Positions 9,129 through 18,477 of a stretch of DNA of 64,000 nt are shown in pieces. A program made the translations under genes and the position numbers. The stretch comes from a virus. Below the pieces are notes generated by a model that ran no database searches, was not told the DNA's origin, and was given only the letters and a program-made list of their open reading frames with translations. The stretch lies in IMG/VR virus record IMGVR_UViG_3300045988_177361; one strand, written 5' to 3'. The first letter of the stretch is position 1, and each line of letters begins with the position of its first letter.

Positions 9129-12100
9129 TCACTTCATGAACGGCGGTTTGGGTGTCGGCTGTCCTCCGGTCGGCGGTTTCTTCATACGAAGATTGCCTAC
9201 GGAGGGGAAACCTGTCAGGTTTGACGGGTTGGCGTCCACCGGCTGTTTGACGGTCGGGGAAGGTGTGGTTGGCGGTTGCATTCGAACCGACGGCTGTTGT
9301 CTTACCTGAGCTTGTGGCTGCGGTTGAGACTGCTGTCGCGGAGCTTGCGCCTGTACCGAACCCTGCTGTTGCGTCTGCCCGGAATCCACCGTGAATTTTC
9401 TACTCGGCTGAATTCCATTCGGGTTCATAGCCCGTTCGGCACCCGACGGCATCGTAGACCCCGGCAGTCCGGTCGTCGCGGTCCATTCCTCCTGAGCCAT
9501 CCGCAAATGCTCCTCCGGAGACTGTTGCACCGGATTCTCGCGCATGTACGCCTGTTGCAGTGAATTGTTCACCGATTCAGGCATCGGAGTCGCATTGTCG
9601 GTTGCCTTCTGCCAAGTGGAGGCGGAGGACACGGCGGCGTCCATCGTTCCGGAGGGTAGGGTCTCACCAACAATCTCACCTGTCTCAGTGTTGTACACCG
9701 GCTGGTTGGCGTTCGTTTCGGGTTGAGCTGTCGCATTCTCATTAGGAGATTGATTGTTCTGGCGCATGTACGCTTGGACGGAATTATCGACTTCACCGGA
9801 GGAGACGGCCTCTTGGAACGCTTGTTCCGCTTCTTCTTGGGACATGTGCTGGTTATCCACGAAGTCGGCCATCATTCCCTCACGAACCTGATTGAACGCG
9901 GACTGTTCGGTCAACACCGGAGCCTGTCCTTGAGCGTCGGCTGGAACCGATTCAGTTGGAGTGTCCACCGGAATCGTTTCCGTCTGACCGTCAGTCGGAA
10001 TCGGCGACGCGCCACCGGCACCACCGGTTTGGGTTGGGACATCCGGATTCGGAGCCGACGGAGAAGGCATAGGACTGTCACCATTGTCGGAACCACCGTC
10101 ACCGGCGCCGGAGAACGAAGACGACAACGGAGCGTCACCATTAGCCATGTCCAACATGTTGCGACGCCACTGGGCGCGTTCTCTCATACTGCCGGGAGCG
10201 GCGTTCTTGATGTCGCGGATTTTATCCATCGCGGCTCCCGCACCCACCGCTATACCATGATGCAGGTTACGGTCGGCGGCCAGCTTTCCAGCGGCAATCA
10301 ATCCCAACGGTGCGGTAATCGGATTGGAGAACAAAGCTCCGGTGACAGCGGCCTTCGCGGCGACCTTCGCTCCACGTGCGGCAACGTTGCGCAAAGGTGC
10401 GCTCTTCGCGGCACGTGCGGCGAACGCGAGACCGGCACCCGCCATCGCGGCACCAGCACCCAAAGCTCTCGCACCAGCCTGTAGCTTACGGCCATCATTG
10501 TTGATATGGTTCAACATCTTGGCCCTACGTTGCACCTGTTCAGGAGACATGCCCGGATGCCGTTGTGCGATACGATGCGCGAACGCTTCAGTGTTGTCCG
10601 CTCCCTTGAACTTGGAGGCGGCGGTGTTCAACCGTTGCCGGAACTCGTCGTGGGACTTTTCCATGTGGAGTCGTGTACCGGCGAGACTTCCCCTCACCGT
10701 ATTGGCGTCCATTCTTGCCCACGTCCTGCTCTTGCGTCCATGGGATTGAATCGCTTCGAGTTCGCTCTGACTACGGTTCAGCAGGTTCCTGTCGCCGTTG
10801 GACAACGCTTCCTGTTGCGCGCGGCTCATCTTGCTTAGGACGGTCTCGCTTTGACGTGCTCCGTTATGGGCCATGCCAGCGCCGGTACCGTTCGTGGACA
10901 AACGTCCGACACCATTGCCGCCACGACGGAATCCGCCACGCATGGCGCGAATCATACGGTGCTGTCCAATCATGTGCATTCCCTTGCGAAGACCGGAAGC
11001 CATTGCGGTTCCACCCGCCATTCCCATGAGAGCGTTGATGCTGAACGGATTACCCCACTTCAACACTTTCGAACAGAACATGCCGATTGCGGCGATAGCC
11101 AACACCGGACTCAATCCCGCAATCAACTGGTAGGTGAACGAACCACTGCTGGCAGAGGTGAACTTCAACGTCAGGCCACAAATGAATGTTGCGAGAGCGC
11201 CGAGCGCACCGTACAACGCTCCTACCATACTCAACTGGCAGGTGTACGTCGCCCAGTTCTTCAACGCGTTCTTCGGCTTCTCGCCAATCGGGAACGCTTG
11301 GACAAGGAACGTGACCACGAGGAACAACGCCATCATTATCAGCATGAGCTTCGTCAGTATTAGAACAAGGCTCAACAATCCCCAGACCACGAGATTGACG
11401 ATGCCTCCGATAAGTGTTCCGCAAGCACCCAACGTATCGACGTTGTTGTTGCCATACATGTAGTCGATGGTTTTCTTCGCACCGCCCGTGACAGTGGAAT
11501 CATCCTGAGCGTCACGAAGATTCGCCTCACTCCAAGTTCCGGAAACGTTCGGCACGTCGAAACGCCATCCGACCGTAGCGGAGTCGCCCCAGTTGGTGTC
11601 GTTCTGCTGGTCTTTATATGTTCCGTCATCCTCCTTGTTGATATCGGTGGAACGGGAGAAGATTACGGAACCCTGTTTGAGAATCGTCTGGCAGACCGAA
11701 GTGGTCTGTTGGATGGTTTCGTCTTCACTGCCGTTCTGTTTCGCGTCCATCACGCCTTTGCCACCGTTGGTCGGTTTCACATTGTCCAAGTCGTCAATCT
11801 TGACACGTACTTTCGTACTGCCGTTCTTGATGTTCTTGGTTCCTGTGTCACCGAGATTGTTGATGAGTGTCGCCCATCCGGCTCGCGCGTAGATTTCCTG
11901 ATTGCGTTTCGTGCCACAGGTTTCCCAGAACACGCCCGCACGGCTGAGATATGTCGCGTTCTCCCTTTCCAACGGTTTGTCGGTGAAGTAAGGATTACGC
12001 GGGTCTACCCAACCGTCCACGGAGAACAGCCATTTGGCTCGCTGGTCGCTGATGTGCAACGCCATGGCCTTGTTGGTCAAATCCTTCTGGATGGTCGTGT

Positions 12101-13133
12101 TCGTGTTGGCTTTCATCTCCAACACGTGGCAGTAACCTTGCCGGGCGTTTTCCGCGATACGGAACGAGGATGTTCCGGTGGTCTGCGGGTTTCCGTACTG
12201 CATGGTCACGAACGAGCGAAGGGAGGTCTCCTCCCAAATACGGTTGATGGCCTTGGTGATGTTGCTTGTATCCTGATTGCCGTTGGACTTCGCCTGTTCG
12301 TCATACGCCTGATGCATGAAGTACAGGTAATCCTGACAATTGGTTTTCGCACCGTTCGCCGCATGATGGTAGGACATCATGTTTTTATCACTGTCGGACA
12401 TACCGTCAAGGTCGAGGTTGACCGAAAGCTTGTTGATGGTGTTGTTGATTGTCTGCACGACCCACCATGGGCTTCCGGTCGCCGGTTCTGTGGCGTTCTT
12501 TCCGGTCTTGGCCGCTCCAGCTCCAAGCATCGTGATTGAAGCGAAGCAGAGAACCATGATGACGATTCGTTTGCTCGCCTCTTTGACGGTGCCGATTTGG
12601 AATCCAGCCGCGCCAACCCAAGCCACGATGCCGAGCACTGCGATGGTGGCGGGGATACCGCCGTCCATCAGACTCGTCACCATGGTGGACACTGCGGAGT
12701 CGATGTTCGCACCAGCCTGTTTCATCGGTTCGAACGAAGCGGCGAACTGGCTGATGGACAATGCGGAAGACCAGCAGACCTGAGTCAACTGCATCAGAAT
12801 GTTGGGAAGGACGATATGGGTCTGCGAGCTGATGGTCTGCTTGACGTTCGAGAACCAACCGGCGACATCGCTGCCACTGTACGGTTCCGTACGCGAAGTG
12901 ATTTCCCCAACGTAGTTTCCCCAACGTCCGGAAGGAAGACAACTAGAGATGTCTGATGTAGCACTGTCAGTCCCGCCGTTGGCGCATGTTATCGTCGTGG
13001 TCGAATCGTTGACCTGTGCGGCGAACACGCTGGACGGCAAGACGAACAATGTCATGACCACGCACAACATCAGAATGACGAGCAGGTTCCTTCTACCCGC
13101 CCGTTTCACTGGGTCTCGATATTTTGTATTCAA
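9129..13133 (-). CDS. Giant polytopic membrane protein, VirB6/TrbL-like conjugative channel component with a ~640-aa low-complexity cytoplasmic tail
   Basis: 1334 aa. Signal/TM at the N-terminus, a cluster of 3 TMs, a ~350-aa extracytoplasmic loop, then 4 more TMs (VVWGLLSLVLILTKLMLIMMALFLVVTFLV etc.). This matches VirB6/TcpH/PrgH-like topology. The C-terminal half is A/G/Q/P-rich. Confidence 0.5.
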   Translation of the reverse strand: MNTKYRDPVKRAGRRNLLVILMLCVVMTLFVLPSSVFAAQVNDSTTTITCANGGTDSATSDISSCLPSGRWGNYVGEITSRTEPYSGSDVAGWFSNVKQTISSQTHIVLPNILMQLTQVCWSSALSISQFAASFEPMKQAGANIDSAVSTMVTSLMDGGIPATIAVLGIVAWVGAAGFQIGTVKEASKRIVIMVLCFASITMLGAGAAKTGKNATEPATGSPWWVVQTINNTINKLSVNLDLDGMSDSDKNMMSYHHAANGAKTNCQDYLYFMHQAYDEQAKSNGNQDTSNITKAINRIWEETSLRSFVTMQYGNPQTTGTSSFRIAENARQGYCHVLEMKANTNTTIQKDLTNKAMALHISDQRAKWLFSVDGWVDPRNPYFTDKPLERENATYLSRAGVFWETCGTKRNQEIYARAGWATLINNLGDTGTKNIKNGSTKVRVKIDDLDNVKPTNGGKGVMDAKQNGSEDETIQQTTSVCQTILKQGSVIFSRSTDINKEDDGTYKDQQNDTNWGDSATVGWRFDVPNVSGTWSEANLRDAQDDSTVTGGAKKTIDYMYGNNNVDTLGACGTLIGGIVNLVVWGLLSLVLILTKLMLIMMALFLVVTFLVQAFPIGEKPKNALKNWATYTCQLSMVGALYGALGALATFICGLTLKFTSASSGSFTYQLIAGLSPVLAIAAIGMFCSKVLKWGNPFSINALMGMAGGTAMASGLRKGMHMIGQHRMIRAMRGGFRRGGNGVGRLSTNGTGAGMAHNGARQSETVLSKMSRAQQEALSNGDRNLLNRSQSELEAIQSHGRKSRTWARMDANTVRGSLAGTRLHMEKSHDEFRQRLNTAASKFKGADNTEAFAHRIAQRHPGMSPEQVQRRAKMLNHINNDGRKLQAGARALGAGAAMAGAGLAFAARAAKSAPLRNVAARGAKVAAKAAVTGALFSNPITAPLGLIAAGKLAADRNLHHGIAVGAGAAMDKIRDIKNAAPGSMRERAQWRRNMLDMANGDAPLSSSFSGAGDGGSDNGDSPMPSPSAPNPDVPTQTGGAGGASPIPTDGQTETIPVDTPTESVPADAQGQAPVLTEQSAFNQVREGMMADFVDNQHMSQEEAEQAFQEAVSSGEVDNSVQAYMRQNNQSPNENATAQPETNANQPVYNTETGEIVGETLPSGTMDAAVSSASTWQKATDNATPMPESVNNSLQQAYMRENPVQQSPEEHLRMAQEEWTATTGLPGSTMPSGAERAMNPNGIQPSRKFTVDSGQTQQQGSVQAQAPRQQSQPQPQAQVRQQPSVRMQPPTTPSPTVKQPVDANPSNLTGFPSVGNLRMKKPPTGGQPTPKPPFMK

Positions 13134-13552
13134 CGGATTTCCATTTCTTGAAGGTCGATAATGTTTTCCGGCTGAGTGGAATTCGGGTAGAAGACCTGCC
13201 CTTCAATCTTGCGGCTCTTCATATCCTGCAAGGTTCTCTTCCACCGTGTCTGTTGGGTGCGGTCTCTAATGGTGCCGACTGCGAAGAACGGAGCCAGTAT
13301 TCCGCCCAACAGTACGAAGAACGAGCTGAACATGTATCCAAGCAACGGAGCGAATATGAGGCAAAGAGCCAAGCCCGCCAATGCGCCGACGATAACGGAG
13401 AACACGGTTTTGGAACGGGCCTCAGTGTTCTTGGTTATCTGGAACGTGTTCTTCCGTTCGATTTCCTCCGGGCCGGACACTTCCGTGATGTCGTCCATCG
13501 TCAACCTCGGATGCAAGGGACCTTTGTATCCTTCGTCTTCCTCATCGCTCAT
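13130..13552 (-). CDS. Small membrane protein (two TM), conjugation-associated
   Basis: 140 aa. Acidic N-terminus then two TM helices (VFSVIVGALAGLALCLIFAPLLGYMF / SSFFVLLGGILAPFFAV). Its start overlaps the stop of the upstream gene, indicating translational coupling within the operon. Confidence 0.45.
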   Translation of the reverse strand: MSDEEDEGYKGPLHPRLTMDDITEVSGPEEIERKNTFQITKNTEARSKTVFSVIVGALAGLALCLIFAPLLGYMFSSFFVLLGGILAPFFAVGTIRDRTQQTRWKRTLQDMKSRKIEGQVFYPNSTQPENIIDLQEMEIR

Positions 13553-13657
13553 GATTCAACTCTTTTCGTACGTAAGGTTCTTAAAAGAAAACCGGAGTGG
13601 GAACAGAACCGGAAAGGTCCTCTTCGCATATCCACTCCGGTTTTCCCTCTGCGGATG

Positions 13658-14002
13658 TCAGATTCCCAGATAGGTCTTTCCACTGCCGCCAACCGCGTCA
13701 ACGAACCAGTCAATCAACTTAAGAATTGCCGGAATGGTGACGGTCGGGCCAGCGAGAATGAATCCGACTGCGAGGACGATGAGAATACGTCCGATGTTCG
13801 GGCAGAACATCTGCACGAGCTTGTTCTGGCGTCCCAACGCCTTGCAAATGCTACCGACGATAAGGCCAAGAGCGAGAAGCACTGCGGCGGCAAGACCGAT
13901 GTTGGTCAACACGGTTCCCGCGCTACTGTTCAAAATGGTGTCGAACATCTTATGATAGGTGCTCTCAAGGCTGCTTCCAGCCAAGGTAATGGTTCCACCC
14001 AT
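13658..14002 (-). CDS. Small membrane protein, VirB2/TrbC pilin-like candidate
   Basis: 114 aa. Two hydrophobic helices separated by a short basic loop (LAAAVLLALGLIVGSICKALGRQNK...ILIVLAVGFILAGPTV). Good RBS context. Confidence 0.4.
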   Translation of the reverse strand: MGGTITLAGSSLESTYHKMFDTILNSSAGTVLTNIGLAAAVLLALGLIVGSICKALGRQNKLVQMFCPNIGRILIVLAVGFILAGPTVTIPAILKLIDWFVDAVGGSGKTYLGI

Positions 14003-14167
14003 TTTTTGAGTTCCCTTTCGTTTTCCAAACGGAACTCTCCTGCATTTTTCATCCTATCAACCTACGCGGTTGTTTACAGTCATAGCGAGGTTTTTAGGAT
14101 AAAAAAACCGTCCGGAAGTTGAAAGTTCCGAACGGATTCTGAAAAGCAATATGATGAACGCTAAAAG

Positions 14168-16828
14168 CTAGTCATCATCATCCATGTCACCATTGCGATA
14201 ACCGTTATCGAAATCGTTCACATGAACAAGGAACGTCGGCTGCAACTGTTCTTGGGTTCGAGTGCGAACAGCCGCCGCATAACGTGGAAGATTCATGACC
14301 GCGCCCGAACGCCAACCATCCTCCCCGTCATTGTTCGTCAAACGTTTCGCCGTCATATCGGCGATACGCGGAATCGTCGTATTGTATGTGATGAACGTCG
14401 AATAGCCGATGAACGAATCCAACATCGCGTCGGACAACTGGGTCGGATACTGGGTGGCGAACACGAGAAGCAGACCGAACGAACGACCCTGCTCACGCAA
14501 CGCGGGCATGATACCGTCATTGCCGTTAGCCAACAAGCTCAACTCGTCACACACGAGCATCGTCCACTTGCCAGCCTTGTCCCAATCCTTGCAATGCGCG
14601 AACACCGTATTCCAGAAACGGTACATGAGCCAGCCGCCGAGAATCTTATCCATACGTTCCGGCAACGAATAACCATTATGAGGTGCGAGCACAATGTGAT
14701 AATCGCCAGCATGGTCGAGAATGTTCGTCCAAGTCACCTTGCCACGACGTGCCGTGAACATGTGTTCGATGGGAAGGAACTGGTTCACCTTGTTCAACGA
14801 GGCGTTCGTCTTGGCGAGAATGTCACGGTCGGAACGAACCGTATGACCAGCCGCGTCCGGACGGCCATACAATTGTTCGGCGGCACGGGCGGCATACGTC
14901 ATCTCCTCGAACATGTAGCCACTCTTCAACTCCATGCTCAACGCGCGGCACACATGACCCAACGCTTTCGCGGAACCGGCCTGACCGTCGGAACCGCATA
15001 ATGCGACGACGGCCCATCCGATTGGACTTAGCTGCATTCGCAACTGTTCCGCACCCGGATACGATTGTTCGAGCTGATGGCAACGTTTCACAATCTCGCT
15101 TTCCCAATCCTTGTTCGCGGATTCGGGATTATGCTTACGTTCCTCCTGTACGTAACGGTCAACCGCCACGCCGATGGTCAACGCTTGGGTGATGATGTTC
15201 TGCGAGTCGTTCAGAATATCACCGTCATCGAACGAGTAACGCATGGTCTTCGCCACGCTCGCCGCAGTCTCCATCGCATTATTCCCGTCCTTCATGCCGA
15301 GCATGTCCAAACATACGCTGTTCGGGTCGGCCAAATAGACGACTCGCTGCGGACTGGTGAAACCGTGACATTTGCGATAACGTTCCAACACGTTCACTCC
15401 CGTATCATCCTTCATCCAAAAATGGATGATACGGGAGTCGTGTCCCCAGATTTTCGGACTGGTGGTTTCTCGTGCGCTGATTGCCCACTGGCTGATGCCA
15501 TGGGTGAGCACGGTCTTACCGGAACCGGCCTCGCCGTTGATGGCGATACCGCCGAACAGTTGCGACGGGTCGAGATAACAGTTACGTCCCGTATCATCCT
15601 TCCCGAGGAAGATTCCATCATGCGACAATACTTCCGGAACCGGATGCAACTCCTGTTTCATCGCCACTCCCTGAGTGACCGGAGTGAACACGGAACTTAC
15701 GATAATCGGGGAAAGAATCAACGTGGTACGTTGCGCACCATAAGCCGACACGCGCTCCTTATGCGTGCGCACGCCAAGACGGGTCTGATTATCGGACTCG
15801 TTCGCACCACGGTCGTTCGCAATCGCATAATATCTGCGTGGCGTTTGGAAAATGTCATCCCACAACGTCCAATTCTTCCAACGGATGAACGCGAATACAA
15901 GAAGAGGAACGAAAAGAATCGGAATGAATGTCGGAAGCGGAAGCAACCCCAACAGCAGGTAAAGCATGAGCGCCACCGCGCCACCGGCAATCTGAGGTCG
16001 CGGAATGTAAACGAACGGAATGCACGACAACAGCATGAGGAACAGGAACACGACCAACGTCACAGCAAGCAGTGGAAGCGCGATTCCGAAACCCCAAGCG
16101 GAATGGAACAATGGGAAAATCCCATCCATCACGTATCCTCTTGCAAGACCGCACACACTCCAAATCACGGACAACACTTCCAACAGCATGCTGACGAACA
16201 GCAAACCGAATTTCGGACGGCTCGCATGACTGGACATGTTGGATATGAGCGGACAGATGATTTGACCAATCTTCTGCGCAAGCTGTCGGTTACGGGAAGC
16301 CTGACGGCAACCGAAACTCACACGGGCGCACATCGTGTTGGTTGAAGCGAGTTCGCTTGAATCCTCGACCGCATTGTATTCGTCGCTAATCCAATTGCGA
16401 ATACGAATCTGCTCGAAGTATCCCTGATTGCGAAGGGTGATGCTCACGTAACTGTCCGGCGGCATGACCTTCTCGATGCTTGTACGAACGCCGGAATAGT
16501 TCGTCCGCATTTTCTCCATGTTGCTTTTCGAGTTCAACCGGGCACGGAACGGGATGAGAGGATGTGCCGCACTGTTCACACCGTCCGGCAACACCGGCCC
16601 GTCGTCGTCTTCGACCAATTTCGCGTCGAATCCAGCCAACTGTCCGGCGTTGATGATTCCCTCGCTGTCGCCGTAAATGTATTCCTTGACCGGCTCCTCG
16701 CCCTTCTTGATGAGGAGAAGGGTGCAACCATCCAGTTCGGCTGGAATGCTTTCCATTTTCGAACGTTGCTCGTCCGCGTCAAGCTGTTGCAATGTTCTGG
16801 TTATCTGATACCAGTTCGGATTACCCAT
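14168..16828 (-). CDS. Type IV coupling protein (VirD4/TraG family) with an extra ~200-aa N-terminal cytoplasmic domain and 4-5 TM segments
   Basis: 886 aa. TM cluster at residues ~200-330. Walker A GEAGSGKTVLTHG about 110 aa after the last TM. A ~300-aa insertion before Walker B MLVCDELSLLANG. T4CP-like Q motif LLLVFATQYPTQL. The DEL-type Walker B and the A-B spacing favour VirD4 over VirB4 or FtsK. Confidence 0.6.
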   Translation of the reverse strand: MGNPNWYQITRTLQQLDADEQRSKMESIPAELDGCTLLLIKKGEEPVKEYIYGDSEGIINAGQLAGFDAKLVEDDDGPVLPDGVNSAAHPLIPFRARLNSKSNMEKMRTNYSGVRTSIEKVMPPDSYVSITLRNQGYFEQIRIRNWISDEYNAVEDSSELASTNTMCARVSFGCRQASRNRQLAQKIGQIICPLISNMSSHASRPKFGLLFVSMLLEVLSVIWSVCGLARGYVMDGIFPLFHSAWGFGIALPLLAVTLVVFLFLMLLSCIPFVYIPRPQIAGGAVALMLYLLLGLLPLPTFIPILFVPLLVFAFIRWKNWTLWDDIFQTPRRYYAIANDRGANESDNQTRLGVRTHKERVSAYGAQRTTLILSPIIVSSVFTPVTQGVAMKQELHPVPEVLSHDGIFLGKDDTGRNCYLDPSQLFGGIAINGEAGSGKTVLTHGISQWAISARETTSPKIWGHDSRIIHFWMKDDTGVNVLERYRKCHGFTSPQRVVYLADPNSVCLDMLGMKDGNNAMETAASVAKTMRYSFDDGDILNDSQNIITQALTIGVAVDRYVQEERKHNPESANKDWESEIVKRCHQLEQSYPGAEQLRMQLSPIGWAVVALCGSDGQAGSAKALGHVCRALSMELKSGYMFEEMTYAARAAEQLYGRPDAAGHTVRSDRDILAKTNASLNKVNQFLPIEHMFTARRGKVTWTNILDHAGDYHIVLAPHNGYSLPERMDKILGGWLMYRFWNTVFAHCKDWDKAGKWTMLVCDELSLLANGNDGIMPALREQGRSFGLLLVFATQYPTQLSDAMLDSFIGYSTFITYNTTIPRIADMTAKRLTNNDGEDGWRSGAVMNLPRYAAAVRTRTQEQLQPTFLVHVNDFDNGYRNGDMDDDD

Positions 16829-16853
16829 GTTTTACCTTCCTTTCCTTTTTTGT

Positions 16854-17363
16854 TTAATCATTCGTGCTCTGCTGATACAACTGCGCGTATGGGAAACCTT
16901 CCGGCTTCTGGAAAGTGGAAAGCTTCTCACGTAACGACAATTGGAGAAGCCATGTAGTCATACGGACGGTTTTCTCCTTCGACTCCAAAGCCCAACCCAA
17001 TGTCACGTAACCGTCGTTCACGCTCGAATCATCGTTGATGGTTTCACGCATGACGCGGATTGTTTTGTTCGCAATCCGCCGGGAAGTGTTGAACATTATC
17101 GAATCCAATTGCCAGAGTCGTATCTTCCGTAATGCGGGAACACGTTGCATGTTCGCCATCAGAAACGGAATGACCAAATGTCTACGTCCCGTCTCACATA
17201 ATGTCTGAACCTGTTGCAAAGCCCGCGCACGTTCCAATCTTGCTACATCCAACGCGTCCTGCGTCTGTTGGAATGATTCCTCAGTGGAGACCATCGCAAT
17301 CCTTTCCAATGAAACCGTAGAAACCGCCACGGTACGCTTCCGGCATTGTCCAACCGGAAACAT
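16854..17363 (-). CDS. Hypothetical protein (169 aa) within the conjugation operon
   Basis: Intact ORF with helical, coiled-coil-like composition. It overlaps the upstream gene by ~80 nt, so the true start may be an internal ATG. Confidence 0.35.
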   Translation of the reverse strand: MFPVGQCRKRTVAVSTVSLERIAMVSTEESFQQTQDALDVARLERARALQQVQTLCETGRRHLVIPFLMANMQRVPALRKIRLWQLDSIMFNTSRRIANKTIRVMRETINDDSSVNDGYVTLGWALESKEKTVRMTTWLLQLSLREKLSTFQKPEGFPYAQLYQQSTND

Positions 17364-18477
17364 CCCAACCCCAATCCTTCTTTATGATGTCTCGCGTCAC
17401 GTCCCAACCCCATTCGCTGACTTTGCGAACGTCACGAACCTGCGGAGTATATTGCGCCCACTCGTCGGAGAAAATGTTGCGTCGTGTTCCACTCATATCC
17501 GTATAGTCACCGAACCTGTCGGTCGGCATCCCATGCTCGAACCATTCGTCCCAGACCGCGATTCCCATTCGTTGCGACACGGTAGGATTGCCCACGACCA
17601 TTTCCGTCATGCCTTGCGTGCGTTGTACCACCGCGTTGAACGATTCGTAACCTTCGTTTGCCTTCGGTATCTGCAACCATACGCAGATGAGTCCGCGACG
17701 CTTCATCGGAGAATAGGCGAGCATCTTAGCCCAGTTCTGCATCTTCTTATCCAATTCGCTGTTGGACGTTTGGATTTCGATACCCGCCAACACATTGTTC
17801 CGGCACAACGTCACCACGTCGGTCGCGCAAGCCTTGCCGACCTTCGACTCGGCAACAGCCTGTGGGTCAACGCTACGGAATTTTCCCCAACCATCACCGG
17901 ATGAGAATTTCACACGTGAATCGCGTGCCAACATCAATCCCGCGTGCGCCGCATAAGTGTTATGCCGAACATGGAAACGATTCCCCGCGTAATAGGAAAC
18001 CGCCATCGTCTCACGCATCCACTTTTCCATCCCGTACAATTTCATCGCACGGTTGATAAGACGTGGACTGTTCGACGGTGAAAGCCAAACATGATTCACG
18101 GTCTGACCGTACAATCGTTCCGCCTGACTGAAACCGACGTTGATGATTCCCAAACGGTTCATCGCACCATACAGGTTCGGTTCGTCACGTTCGAAAGCGG
18201 GAGCGCCTTTGATGGAAAGTCCCGCACGTAGTTGGTCAACCGTGCATGTCTTCCAAGTGAACAATGCGCCGAGGATACTCGAAACGAGTTCGCTGTTCGC
18301 TTTCACCATTGTCTCCGCGAACAGTTTGTTCGCAACGAACCACGGGTGGGTCTGCGCGAACAATCCGGGATGCTCCATCTCGAACATGTCGTTGCCTTTA
18401 TACCAGTCGGCAATGCTTCCGGTCTTCCAAAGATTCTCGTCGTTCGGGTCGAAAAGAAAACGGTCATCGAATGTCAC
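17281..18477 (-). CDS. Hypothetical conjugation-associated protein (398 aa); a possible nuclease or relaxase-like role is not supported by recognisable motifs
   Basis: Long ORF translationally coupled to the upstream ATPase gene (atga overlap at 18474-18477). W-rich C-terminus. No HUH or known relaxase motif recognised by eye. Confidence 0.45.
   Translation of the reverse strand: MTFDDRFLFDPNDENLWKTGSIADWYKGNDMFEMEHPGLFAQTHPWFVANKLFAETMVKANSELVSSILGALFTWKTCTVDQLRAGLSIKGAPAFERDEPNLYGAMNRLGIINVGFSQAERLYGQTVNHVWLSPSNSPRLINRAMKLYGMEKWMRETMAVSYYAGNRFHVRHNTYAAHAGLMLARDSRVKFSSGDGWGKFRSVDPQAVAESKVGKACATDVVTLCRNNVLAGIEIQTSNSELDKKMQNWAKMLAYSPMKRRGLICVWLQIPKANEGYESFNAVVQRTQGMTEMVVGNPTVSQRMGIAVWDEWFEHGMPTDRFGDYTDMSGTRRNIFSDEWAQYTPQVRDVRKVSEWGWDVTRDIIKKDWGWDVSGWTMPEAYRGGFYGFIGKDCDGLH

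Noticed and set aside
9723-12539. Plus-strand ORFs (253 aa and 276 aa) antisense to the giant VirB6-like gene
   Set aside because: R/G/H-rich low-complexity translations with no start context. The minus-strand frame has clear TM helices and a continuous 1334-aa reading frame.
15065-16345. 426-aa plus-strand ORF antisense to the coupling-protein gene
   Set aside because: No RBS, arginine/histidine-rich. The opposite strand carries Walker A/B and T4CP motifs.
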